A stretch of DNA of 64,000 nt from an uncultured virus (IMG/VR IMGVR_UViG_3300005336_000020). Lineage: Duplodnaviria > Heunggongvirae > Uroviricota > Caudoviricetes. Where the stretch lies: the IMG/VR virus record IMGVR_UViG_3300005336_000020. One strand, written 5' to 3'. Position 1 is the stretch's first letter, and each line of letters opens with the position of its first letter. Under the pieces are notes generated by a model. That model made no database searches. It was not told the origin of the DNA and worked only from the letters and a program-made list of their open reading frames with translations. Shown here piece after piece: positions 56,436-63,824 of this stretch. The position numbers and the translations under genes are program-made.

Positions 56436-58127
56436 TCACTGCATCCACGGCCACGGCGCGTTCTTGCCCTGCTCCAGGAGCTGGATCAGACCGAAGCTCG
56501 CATCCGACAGACCGCCGAAGCAGTGCCGGTTCGTGCCGCCGGTCTCCAGGATGGAACCGGCGTAGCCCGCCATGTTCCACAGGTAGACCGGGACGCTCTT
56601 CGGGATCAGGTCGTCGATCCGCGTCTCCGGCATGCCGTACGTGCGCCCGCCCATGTTCGACGGGAGCCAGCCCGGCCGCGACTGCTCGTCCGTGACGATC
56701 ACGACGCGGTTGAACTCGCTCGTGAAGTTGTCCTTCACGGCACGCGGGATGTCGGTCCCGTTGATCGACGGGCCGAAGCTCTCGACGATCTTCAGGACGC
56801 TCGCCCCGCGCGGCACGTCGACCGGGCGCGAACCGGCGCCGCCACCCCGGCTGTTGTAACCGCTGTACGCCTGGTCGCCGCCGAACTCGACGAGCTTGGC
56901 GTCCTGCGCCTTCACGGCCAGCGCCGCACCGAAGAGCGCCGCCTGGTCGGCCAGCGTGATGTCGCTCTTGTTCGGCGTCGAACCCCACATGCCCGGGAAC
57001 ATCGACGGGCTGCGGTCCACGAGGATCAGGGTCTTCCCCCGCAGGGTCGGAACCAGCTCCAGGGAGCCCGCCAGGCCCCGCTCCAGGGCGTTGCCCCAGC
57101 GCAGCGACGACAGGGCGCGGTAGGCCGACAGGAAGCGGTACGGGAAGAGCCGGGCCTTCCGCACCCGCTCGCCGTCCGAGAGCACCTTGGCCACGATGTC
57201 GGCCGAGGCGTCGGAGATACCCTCCTCGTCGAAGTTGCGCAGGTTCTTGATCAGCGCACCCGGCGCCATGGTCGGGATCATCGCCTCCCACAGCAGCTTC
57301 TTCTCGACCTTGCCACCCAGCTCGGACAGGACGTCCTCCCAGGTGAGACCGGCATCCTTGAGCACCTGCGGCGCGATGAGACCCGAGCCGTAGATGTACT
57401 CCGCCGACGCCTTCTTCGGGACGCTGGCCGCCGCCTGCCGCCACTCGCGCTGGTTGCGCGTCATCGACAGGCTCGGCGTGATCGCGCCGCCGTGGCCGTG
57501 GCGCCGGTCGAGGATCAGCCGGAACAGGTCCGACTGCCACTGGGCGCTCGGCACCGGGTGGACGATGTCGATCACGTCGGCGAAGCGGTACGCCCGGCGG
57601 GCCGAGTCGTACTTGGCGTACGAGTACTCCGTGTACAGACGCGTCACCGCGCGCTTCAGGCCGCGCTTGACCGCCTGGTAGCGCTTCGGCCACGCCTTGC
57701 CCGCGATCGAGAACCAGTACGCGATGAACTCGCCCGGCTCGTCGGCCCGCTGGAGCACGCCGTCGACCATGTCCTCGACACCGTCGTAGCGGTGCTGGTC
57801 GCAGAGCGTCTTCGCCGCCTCGGCCGCCGCGAGCAGCGACGTGGTGCGCATGTAGCCGTCGGTGCGCAGCCACGGAAGCATGTGCGTGACGTGCCACTGC
57901 TCCAGCAGGGCGGTGGCGTGCAGGAGGTCGACGTAGCGCTCGTTGCGGTCGTGAGCGCGCTCGTAGAACGTGTCCTTGGTGACGAGGTTGGACACCGAGA
58001 CCAGGTAGAGGTCCGACAGCGGGCTGCGGGTGAAGCCGCTTGCGCCCTCGAACGTCTTGGTCGTGCCCTCTGTCGTCACCTTCGAGGTGACGCGCGGCTT
58101 CGTCGTCGGCTTGTTGAACGTTGCCAT
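56436..58127 (-). CDS. rsr: Ro60/Rsr-type TROVE-domain RNA-binding protein with C-terminal vWA
   Basis: LYLVSVSNLV..DTFYE, WLR...MRT, LQRADEPGE, KYD, WEAMIPTM...ALIKNLRN, RLFPYRFLSAY (TROVE); LVDRSPSM MIDAS, VTDEQ, WNMAGY (vWA). Confidence 0.93.
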   Translation of the reverse strand: MATFNKPTTKPRVTSKVTTEGTTKTFEGASGFTRSPLSDLYLVSVSNLVTKDTFYERAHDRNERYVDLLHATALLEQWHVTHMLPWLRTDGYMRTTSLLAAAEAAKTLCDQHRYDGVEDMVDGVLQRADEPGEFIAYWFSIAGKAWPKRYQAVKRGLKRAVTRLYTEYSYAKYDSARRAYRFADVIDIVHPVPSAQWQSDLFRLILDRRHGHGGAITPSLSMTRNQREWRQAAASVPKKASAEYIYGSGLIAPQVLKDAGLTWEDVLSELGGKVEKKLLWEAMIPTMAPGALIKNLRNFDEEGISDASADIVAKVLSDGERVRKARLFPYRFLSAYRALSSLRWGNALERGLAGSLELVPTLRGKTLILVDRSPSMFPGMWGSTPNKSDITLADQAALFGAALAVKAQDAKLVEFGGDQAYSGYNSRGGGAGSRPVDVPRGASVLKIVESFGPSINGTDIPRAVKDNFTSEFNRVVIVTDEQSRPGWLPSNMGGRTYGMPETRIDDLIPKSVPVYLWNMAGYAGSILETGGTNRHCFGGLSDASFGLIQLLEQGKNAPWPWMQ

Positions 58128-58156
58128 GACCCTTCTTCCCTTTCCCTGAAAATGCG

Positions 58157-58187
58157 AAAACCCCCTGTCCCGGGTGGGAGCAGGGGG
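58157..58187 (-). terminator. Intrinsic terminator between the Y-RNA array and rsr
   Basis: Minus strand CCCCCTG...CAGGGGG followed by TTTT. Confidence 0.65.
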
Positions 58188-58201
58188 CGCATCTCGATGT
58201 A

Positions 58202-58379
58202 TGTGTGGGGTGCCCGGCCAACAGATAGGCCCCGGTGGTTCTTTCGAACCTTCCTCGACCAACGCTCTGCCAATTGAGCTATCCACGAGCACGCTCGCAG
58301 ATCAGGACTCGAACCTGAAACATTTGGTTCCACTGTGAAGTAACCGTTGCCAAGACGCTCCGGGCACCTCACCCACACA
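58202..58379 (-). ncRNA. YrlA-like Y RNA with a complete circularly permuted tRNA domain
   Basis: Closing stem; T arm UCAGG-UUCGAGU-CCUGA, then looped acceptor stem UCUGCGAG/CUCGUGGA, then D arm UAGCUCAAUUGGCAGAGC; ACCAA/UUGGU stem; adjacent to rsr. Confidence 0.85.
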
Positions 58380-58384
58380 CCGAG

Positions 58385-58550
58385 TAACAGAAGATCCAGA
58401 GGAGTCACCGGCCAACAATGCGAGCCCCGGTGTCTGCCAGTTATGCCATGCGTCGGCAGCGACGGGATTCGAACCCGCCCTCAGTTTCTTTTTCCAGAAG
58501 AAGTAACCGTTGCTCAAAACGCTCCGGTAACCCTTCTGGATCTTCCGTTA
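58385..58550 (-). ncRNA. Second Y-RNA-like unit with a degenerate tRNA domain
   Basis: Same scaffold motifs; T arm GCGGG-UUCGAAU-CCCGU and D-loop remnant UGGCAUAACUGGCAGAC; long closing stem AAGAUCCAGA/UCUGGAUCUU. Confidence 0.75.
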
Positions 58551-58630
58551 TGCGCCCCGGCCAACAAGATGGCGCCCGGTGTGTTCTCCGCATGATGAAG
58601 TAACCGTTCGCACTAACGCTCCGGGGTGCA
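58551..58630 (-). ncRNA. Third, minimal (80 nt) Y-RNA-like unit lacking a tRNA domain
   Basis: UGCACCCCGG/CCGGGGCGCA stem with the shared CCGGAGCG, AACGGUUACUUC, CACCGGG and UGUUGGCCGG motifs. Confidence 0.7.
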
Positions 58631-58636
58631 GATAAA

Positions 58637-58666
58637 ACATTACGGGATCCTGCGAGGGGATCGCAA
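58637..58666 (-). promoter_or_regulatory. Promoter TTGCGA-N18-TAATGT for the Y-RNA array
   Basis: The -10 element ends about 6 nt before unit 3; contains the TGCGA-N5-TCGCA palindrome. Confidence 0.6.
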
Positions 58667-58671
58667 GTCTT

Positions 58672-59163
58672 TTAGTACTCCTGCGGGGCGAGGATCCACG
58701 AGGCCCGCTCCTGCGTGGGCTCCATCCACAGGGCCCGCAGCGCATGGTGCAGGTAGCCGTCGTCCGGGAAGTCCACCCCGGGGATGTGGAGGTTGGGGTT
58801 CCACTCGAAGTTCGGCGTGATGCAGACCGGGGACCAGTCGTCGGCCCGGTACACCGAGCCCGTCAGCGCGAGGCCGTAGAACTGCGTGTTGGAGTGGCCG
58901 AACGTGATGATCTCCATCGAGCACCGCTCCTTCATCAGGGCCTCGGCGTTCTCGCGGGTGATCTCCTCCTCGGGCACCTCGTCGGCCAGCAGGACAGCTC
59001 GGCGCATGTGGTACTCGTACCCCTCGCCATCCTCGTCGGCCTCCATGTCGGCCTCGGCTTCCGTGAGCCAGTCCGGCTCGAACTCGTCGGCGTTCTTGAT
59101 GGCCCAGTCGCCGTCGCTCGGCACTCCCAGGCTGTACCCGTAGAACAGAACCGCCATCGACAT
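58672..59163 (-). CDS. Hypothetical acidic protein
   Basis: AGGAG RBS; 163 aa. Confidence 0.6.
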   Translation of the reverse strand: MSMAVLFYGYSLGVPSDGDWAIKNADEFEPDWLTEAEADMEADEDGEGYEYHMRRAVLLADEVPEEEITRENAEALMKERCSMEIITFGHSNTQFYGLALTGSVYRADDWSPVCITPNFEWNPNLHIPGVDFPDDGYLHHALRALWMEPTQERASWILAPQEY

Positions 59164-59223
59164 GTCGACTTATCTCCTGTACGACAGAGGGGGCCCGGCT
59201 GGGCCCCCTCGGGAACGTGCTGG

Positions 59224-59412
59224 TCAGGCGCTGATGTCCTCGCCGTTCTGCGACTTCTGCTCGGCCTGGCGCGACTGCACGGCCATCTCGCTCACCGTGC
59301 CCCCGTACTGGCCGGAGATCGTGCGGTACGCCTCGGCGGTGTGCCGCACATCGTCGGTGTCCAGGCTGGGGTGTGCCGCCTGGACGATCCTCTCGCTGGG
59401 TCGCTGTGCCAC
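59224..59412 (-). CDS. Small hypothetical protein
   Basis: GGGAG RBS, GTG start. Confidence 0.45.
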   Translation of the reverse strand: MAQRPSERIVQAAHPSLDTDDVRHTAEAYRTISGQYGGTVSEMAVQSRQAEQKSQNGEDISA

Positions 59413-59426
59413 TTCGCGTTCTCCCT

Positions 59427-60173
59427 TCAGACGCGGACGATGCCCTGCTGGCGGGCCTGCGCCAGCCAGGTGGGGAACTCGGTCATGAGCCGGTTGTACA
59501 GGGTGCTGTCGGTCATCGTGGTGGGATCGGTGCCCACCGCGAAGAAGTCCGAGTTGTCGATCGGCCGGTACTGCGGGACCGGGATGTCGTCGAGGCGCTG
59601 GAGGAAGCCCAGGCCGTCCTCGTCGTCGTAGTCGTACGGGCGGTCCTCGCCGAAGCCCACGAACTGCCAGAAGATCGGCAGCGTGGCGTACTGGCAGATC
59701 CGCTGGGCGGCGGCCTTCTTGTCCCACGGCGATCCGTCGGTCTGGAAGATGACGTAGGCGGGGACGCTCTTGCCGCTGGACTGGTAGTGCCGCACCACGG
59801 CGTCCATGGCGACGGTGTAGTCCGTGCCGCCCATCTGACCGAGCTTGGCGTGCGCCTTGGCGATCTTGCCCTGGTGCTGCCCGAGCACCAGCTCGTCCAT
59901 GCCCTTCAGGGTGTGGTCGAAGAACACGACCGGCACACGGCCGTCGTCCTCGAAGTGGGCCGCCATGCCCAGAATCCGCTCGGCGAAGTACTGGACGTGG
60001 CCGTGGCGGTAGTGACCGCGATGCGGGAAGTCCATCGAACCGGAACGGTCGAGCACCAGGTAGACGGCCGCCCGCTCGCCCTCCAGCCCGTGCTTGTTCG
60101 CCGCGAACCCGGCCTTCTGGTACGGCCTCTCCAGGTCGGGAGCGATGTCCCGGATTTTCTCTACGGTGATCAT
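59427..60173 (-). CDS. vWA-domain protein (TerF-like vWA)
   Basis: VYLVLDRSGSM MIDAS, GGTDY, IFQTDG, LPIFWQFVGFG, DNSDFF. Confidence 0.85.
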   Translation of the reverse strand: MITVEKIRDIAPDLERPYQKAGFAANKHGLEGERAAVYLVLDRSGSMDFPHRGHYRHGHVQYFAERILGMAAHFEDDGRVPVVFFDHTLKGMDELVLGQHQGKIAKAHAKLGQMGGTDYTVAMDAVVRHYQSSGKSVPAYVIFQTDGSPWDKKAAAQRICQYATLPIFWQFVGFGEDRPYDYDDEDGLGFLQRLDDIPVPQYRPIDNSDFFAVGTDPTTMTDSTLYNRLMTEFPTWLAQARQQGIVRV

Positions 60174-60199
60174 TCTGTCTCTTCAGACCTTTCCGAGGG

Positions 60200-60388
60200 T
60201 CAGCGCTTCTTGACGGGTCGGGCCCACTGCTCCGGCGGAACGCCGCTCATCCTGGCCTGCGGGCGCTCGGGAACCTCCGTGCGCGCGAGCTGACTGGAGC
60301 CGTAGCTGCCGATGGAGTGGGCCTGCGTTGCACTGGGGCCCGAGTCCACCTGCTCCGATGCGGCATCCAGGGCGTCGGCGTCAGACAT
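60200..60388 (-). CDS. Small hypothetical protein
   Basis: GAAGG RBS; 62 aa. Confidence 0.4.
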   Translation of the reverse strand: MSDADALDAASEQVDSGPSATQAHSIGSYGSSQLARTEVPERPQARMSGVPPEQWARPVKKR

Positions 60389-60519
60389 ATGCACCTTCCT
60401 GCCAGGCGAGCAGAACCTGCTGCTCGCGGTACTCGTCCAGTTCCTCTCGCGAGAGGAATGTGATTCCGTCCTCGCGGATGACGACCGGCGCCTCCGCCTT
60501 CTTCTCCTCACCGTTCACG

Positions 60520-60638
60520 TGTGCACGACGGGATTCGAACCCGTGGGCTATCCAGAGATTCCCAGCTCCAGCCAGCCGCCTGCCTCCACCCCTGGGAGGG
60601 ATTCAGCAAGCCCCTTTAGGCCGCTCAGGCACATGCAC
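60520..60638 (-). ncRNA. Class II (Ser-like) tRNA-shaped RNA with expanded anticodon loop
   Basis: Acceptor GUGCAUG/CGUGCAC, D arm CCU-GAGCGGCCUAA-AGG, T arm ACGGG-UUCGAAU-CCCGU; anticodon stem GCUUG/CAGGC enclosing 24 nt; long variable arm. Confidence 0.7.
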
Positions 60639-60722
60639 CGCCGGACCCGTTAGTCCGGCCCAGGTTCCGCTTTCAGGAGTTCTACGCGGAACCGTCCGAT
60701 TCATCTTCCACTCCAACCGGAG

Positions 60723-60807
60723 AGCCCATGACGGGATTTGAACCCGCGTCTCCATCCGCTGGCATGATCCAGTAGGACGATGTGCTTGGCCGCTACACCA
60801 CATGGGC
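60723..60807 (-). ncRNA. Class I (Glu/Gly-like) tRNA-shaped RNA with expanded anticodon loop
   Basis: Acceptor GCCCAUG/CAUGGGC, D arm GUGU-AGCGGCCAA-GCAC, T arm GCGGG-UUCAAAU-CCCGU; anticodon stem UCGUC/GAUGG enclosing 19 nt with hairpin CUGG-AUCAUG-CCAG. Confidence 0.75.
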
Positions 60808-60961
60808 GCTCGGTGTCCTGCCGATCACCGAGCGGGCGGATTCCGTGGCGCCGGGTGCCACCCGGCGGTGCCTCCTCCACGAAACCCTCTTTGGCGTGCA
60901 CCCCGCCGCCGACTTTCTCAGCCGAAAGCGGGGGTAAAGCGGACCTGTAATTCAGGTCCAG

Positions 60962-61035
60962 TTGGCAGGGAGAGATTTGAACTCTCGACCTCGGGATTAT
61001 CAGTCCCGTGCTCTAACCATCTGAGCTACCTGCCA
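60962..61035 (-). tRNA. tRNA-Ile(GAU), CCA not encoded
   Basis: Canonical cloverleaf: UGGCAGG/CCUGCCA, D GCUC/GAGC, anticodon CGGGA-CUGAUAA-UCCCG, T GAGAG-UUCAAAU-CUCUC. Confidence 0.92.
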
Positions 61036-61146
61036 GTGATCCATCCGGAAGCGTGTCGGACCGCCTCCGGTGGATCGGTGCGCCGAGCCGGGCCGTAACC
61101 GGCTCGGAGCGTTTCGCCCGGGTGTCGGATTCCCGAACTAAGTGAA

Positions 61147-61176
61147 ACTCTACCGGGTGTTGCTGGCCTAGGTCAA
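61147..61176 (-). promoter_or_regulatory. Promoter TTGACC-N18-TAGAGT overlapping the GGCCTAGGTC palindrome, driving the tRNA cluster
   Basis: Close to the Streptomyces HrdB-type consensus. Confidence 0.7.
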
Positions 61177-61186
61177 CCGATCCGGG

Positions 61187-62488
61187 TCAGACCGCGAGCC
61201 GGAAGTTCTCCCCGTCCGCAACGATCAGGCCCTCGCGGGTGAACGACCGCAGGAAACGACTGGCCTGCGTCGCCCCGCAGCCCGTGTGGGTCGCCAGGAG
61301 AGCCGGGGTCCAGACGGCCTGCGGCTGGCTCCGCAGCACCCGCAGCGCGACATCCCGGGGGTACTTGCCACGGCCGTGGTCCGGGTGCGCCAGAAGGGCC
61401 ACCATCTCGTCCGTGACGGTCCAGGTGCGCACGAGGTTGGGGCCGTGCACGTTGAGGTAGCCGTGCCCACGGAAGCGGGGGCCGCGCGGAAGGAAGTGCG
61501 GTTCCACTCCGGCGCCCGGACCGAGCACGGTGTCGGTGTTCTGCGGGGTGTTGACGCGAAGGCAGAACGAGAAGTCGAAGTTCGTGCGGATGCCCGAGGT
61601 GATGCCCCGGTCGTCGCCCGAGCGGAGCGGGTTCTGGGTCATCCACATGATGATGATCTCGCGCGAGCGGCCCTGGCTGGACAGCTCGGTGAGCTTCTGC
61701 ATCACGGACTTGTCGGGGCCTTCGAGGAAGGCGTACTCCTCGTCGCCCTTCGGCGCCTTGCCGCGCCGCTTGTCCTCGTCGATCACGGCCTGAAGGACGG
61801 AGTAGCCCTCGTCGATCGGAATGAGCCTGCGCGGGCCGAGCTTCAGATCCCACTTGGAGATCCCGAGCTTGGCCATCTGGGCGGCCCGGTCCTCCATTCG
61901 GGCGTGCTCGCGCTCGATCATCTCGATGATCTCTTCATGGGTCACGGCGCAGGTGCAGATGCCGCGCCAGACCGTGGCCTCCTCACCCTTGCCGTCGATG
62001 AAGCCGCCCAGTTCCTCGTCGGGGTGGACGACCGCGCGGGCCATGAGGGCGCGCGTGGACCAGCTCTTCCCGGAGCCGGAGGCGCCGCCGACCAGCAGGC
62101 GTTCGTTGCGCGGGACGTCGACCTCTTCACCCGTGACCGTGTCGAGTCCGAGCGTGGTGATGTCGGGGTGCCAGAACATGTCCAGCTCGTCGGTGATGTA
62201 CCGGGTACGAACCGCGAACAGCACGCGGGAGGACCGGCCGCCGGGGGACAGGTCGCTCAGGTGCTCGTCGAGCACGTCGAGCATGGCGCGTATGGCCTGG
62301 TGCTTGACACGCAGCTCCTTGAGCATGTCGCGCCCGTCGAGCTTGAGCACGGCGACAACGCCGGACTCGGTCAGCTTCGCGGAGTCCAGGTTCACGCCGC
62401 GCAGGCCGCGCGCCTTCGCCTGCGGGTTCCAGTACTCAGGCGTGAGCAGGTCCAGCAGGCGCAGTTCCTCTTCAGTCGCTACCAGCAC
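61187..62488 (-). CDS. FtsK/SpoIIIE-family ATPase (TraB-like) with C-terminal wHTH
   Basis: LLVGGASGSGKS, IDGKG, IPIDEG, GRSREI...TQNP, IRTNF and GHGY motifs. Confidence 0.85.
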   Translation of the reverse strand: MLVATEEELRLLDLLTPEYWNPQAKARGLRGVNLDSAKLTESGVVAVLKLDGRDMLKELRVKHQAIRAMLDVLDEHLSDLSPGGRSSRVLFAVRTRYITDELDMFWHPDITTLGLDTVTGEEVDVPRNERLLVGGASGSGKSWSTRALMARAVVHPDEELGGFIDGKGEEATVWRGICTCAVTHEEIIEMIEREHARMEDRAAQMAKLGISKWDLKLGPRRLIPIDEGYSVLQAVIDEDKRRGKAPKGDEEYAFLEGPDKSVMQKLTELSSQGRSREIIIMWMTQNPLRSGDDRGITSGIRTNFDFSFCLRVNTPQNTDTVLGPGAGVEPHFLPRGPRFRGHGYLNVHGPNLVRTWTVTDEMVALLAHPDHGRGKYPRDVALRVLRSQPQAVWTPALLATHTGCGATQASRFLRSFTREGLIVADGENFRLAV

Positions 62489-62789
62489 CGGGCACCTCCA
62501 TGACCGCGTCGAGCGCCGGGTCCAGGCCGAGGGGGAAGATCACGCCTTCCGCCTGGTCGACGACGATGAAGATGCGCAGCGGCGCCATGAGCGAGCACAC
62601 CTGACCGGCCTCCTCCAGGGAGACCTTCCGGGTGAGCGGCCAGACGGCGATCATCGTGCCCGCCTTGGGCATGCCGAGCTGGATCACCGCGTCCATGGGC
62701 GTGAGGGCCAGGGCGCAGTGACCGTCGAACGGGTTGTACGTCAGCGTCCTGACCTCGCGCCGCACGGGAACGGCGTAGTAGAGACCCAT
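62472..62789 (-). CDS. Hypothetical protein
   Basis: AAGGA RBS; overlaps the FtsK start. Confidence 0.5.
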   Translation of the reverse strand: MGLYYAVPVRREVRTLTYNPFDGHCALALTPMDAVIQLGMPKAGTMIAVWPLTRKVSLEEAGQVCSLMAPLRIFIVVDQAEGVIFPLGLDPALDAVMEVPGAGSD

Positions 62790-62872
62790 CGTTTCCTTCT
62801 TCCTCTCCTTCAACGACGAAGGCCGGACCTGGTTGATCGCCAGGTCCGGCCTTCTCGGGATGTGCCGCTCGG

Positions 62873-63367
62873 TCAGGCCGAGGCGACGGGGCTGCCGTAG
62901 CCGTAGCTGACGGAGGTGGTGGAGTCGGCGCCGTCCGCGTCGGCCGAGGCGTCGTCGCCCTCGTCCTCGTCGGTGTCGACGGCGGAGTCCGCGTCGGTGT
63001 CGCTGGAGCGGTTCTCCAGGGCGGCGACGTACTCGCGGGCCTGCTCCTCGGTGACGTCGGCCTGGAGCACGAGGGCCGGGACGGGGTCCACGCCCTTCTC
63101 GGTGGCCTTGTCGACGATCGGCTTGATGACGTTGACCAGGACGGAGTCGCGCAGGTTCACGGCCCACGCCTCGTCGCGCTCGGCGGCCTCGGCCAGCTCC
63201 GCGTCGGCGGCGGCGACGGCCTGCTCGTCCTTGTAGGTGCTCTTCAGGTTGGTCGCGGCGGCCTCGAAGACGAGCTTCGCGTAGACGGCGATGTCGGCTT
63301 CGGCGGCGCCCGGGAACTTCTTGGCTGCGGTCCGGAAGACGGAGCGCACTGCGGTGGTCAGGGACAC
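62873..63367 (-). CDS. Hypothetical acidic protein
   Basis: Strong codon bias, GAGG RBS. Confidence 0.6.
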   Translation of the reverse strand: MSLTTAVRSVFRTAAKKFPGAAEADIAVYAKLVFEAAATNLKSTYKDEQAVAAADAELAEAAERDEAWAVNLRDSVLVNVIKPIVDKATEKGVDPVPALVLQADVTEEQAREYVAALENRSSDTDADSAVDTDEDEGDDASADADGADSTTSVSYGYGSPVASA

Positions 63368-63464
63368 GTTCTGATCCTCTCCGATGTCCTGCTTCGTTCT
63401 GCGAACTTTACTGTGCGTGCTCGCTGTTCGTCGGTAACAGCGTATCACGATTTGGCCTGAGCCA

Positions 63465-63824
63465 CTACTTCTGGGACGGCCCCTTCGCCTGCTTGCGGAT
63501 CGTCGTGTCCTCCGGACGCGCCGAGTTGGCGAAGTCGTTCCAGCGGGGCGAGATGCTGACCTTCACGGCCTTGCGGGCGGCGACGCGCACGCGCTCCCCG
63601 TTGTGCGGGTTCCGGGCCATCCGCTCCTTCTTCTCCACCAGCGCGAAGCTGCCGAAGTTCGTGATGGAAACGGTGTAGCCCTGGGCCACGGTACGGGCGC
63701 AGATGTCGAAGACGTTTTCGACGGCCTCCTGGGCGACGGATCGAGCCAGGCCCATCCGGTCGGCCAGCGCCTCTGCGAGGAGCATCTTGTTCAGGTTGCC
63801 GGGCTTCTGCTCGACGTTTGCCAC
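63465..63824 (-). CDS. hup: HU-family histone-like DNA-binding protein
   Basis: LNKMLLAEALA...VSITNFGSF...RMARNPHNGERVRVAARKAVK. Confidence 0.9.
   Translation of the reverse strand: MANVEQKPGNLNKMLLAEALADRMGLARSVAQEAVENVFDICARTVAQGYTVSITNFGSFALVEKKERMARNPHNGERVRVAARKAVKVSISPRWNDFANSARPEDTTIRKQAKGPSQK

Noticed and set aside
58128..58292. N-terminal extension of the TROVE ORF in the ORF track
   Set aside because: It runs through the Y RNA and terminator; ATG at 58127 has a purine-rich RBS and the MATFN start fits actinobacterial TROVE proteins.
58258..58328. Conventional tRNA gene
   Set aside because: The T arm precedes the D arm and the acceptor stem is closed by a loop; there is no anticodon loop, so it is a permuted YrlA-type module.
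58202..58630. Possible CRISPR array, given the repeated GAAGTAACCGTT and CCGGCCAACA and a Cas4-like gene elsewhere
   Set aside because: The repeats are two alternating motifs that pair with each other, spacing is irregular, inserts are tRNA-like, and there is no cas1/cas2. The Cas4-like gene sits beside RecT as a typical phage exonuclease.
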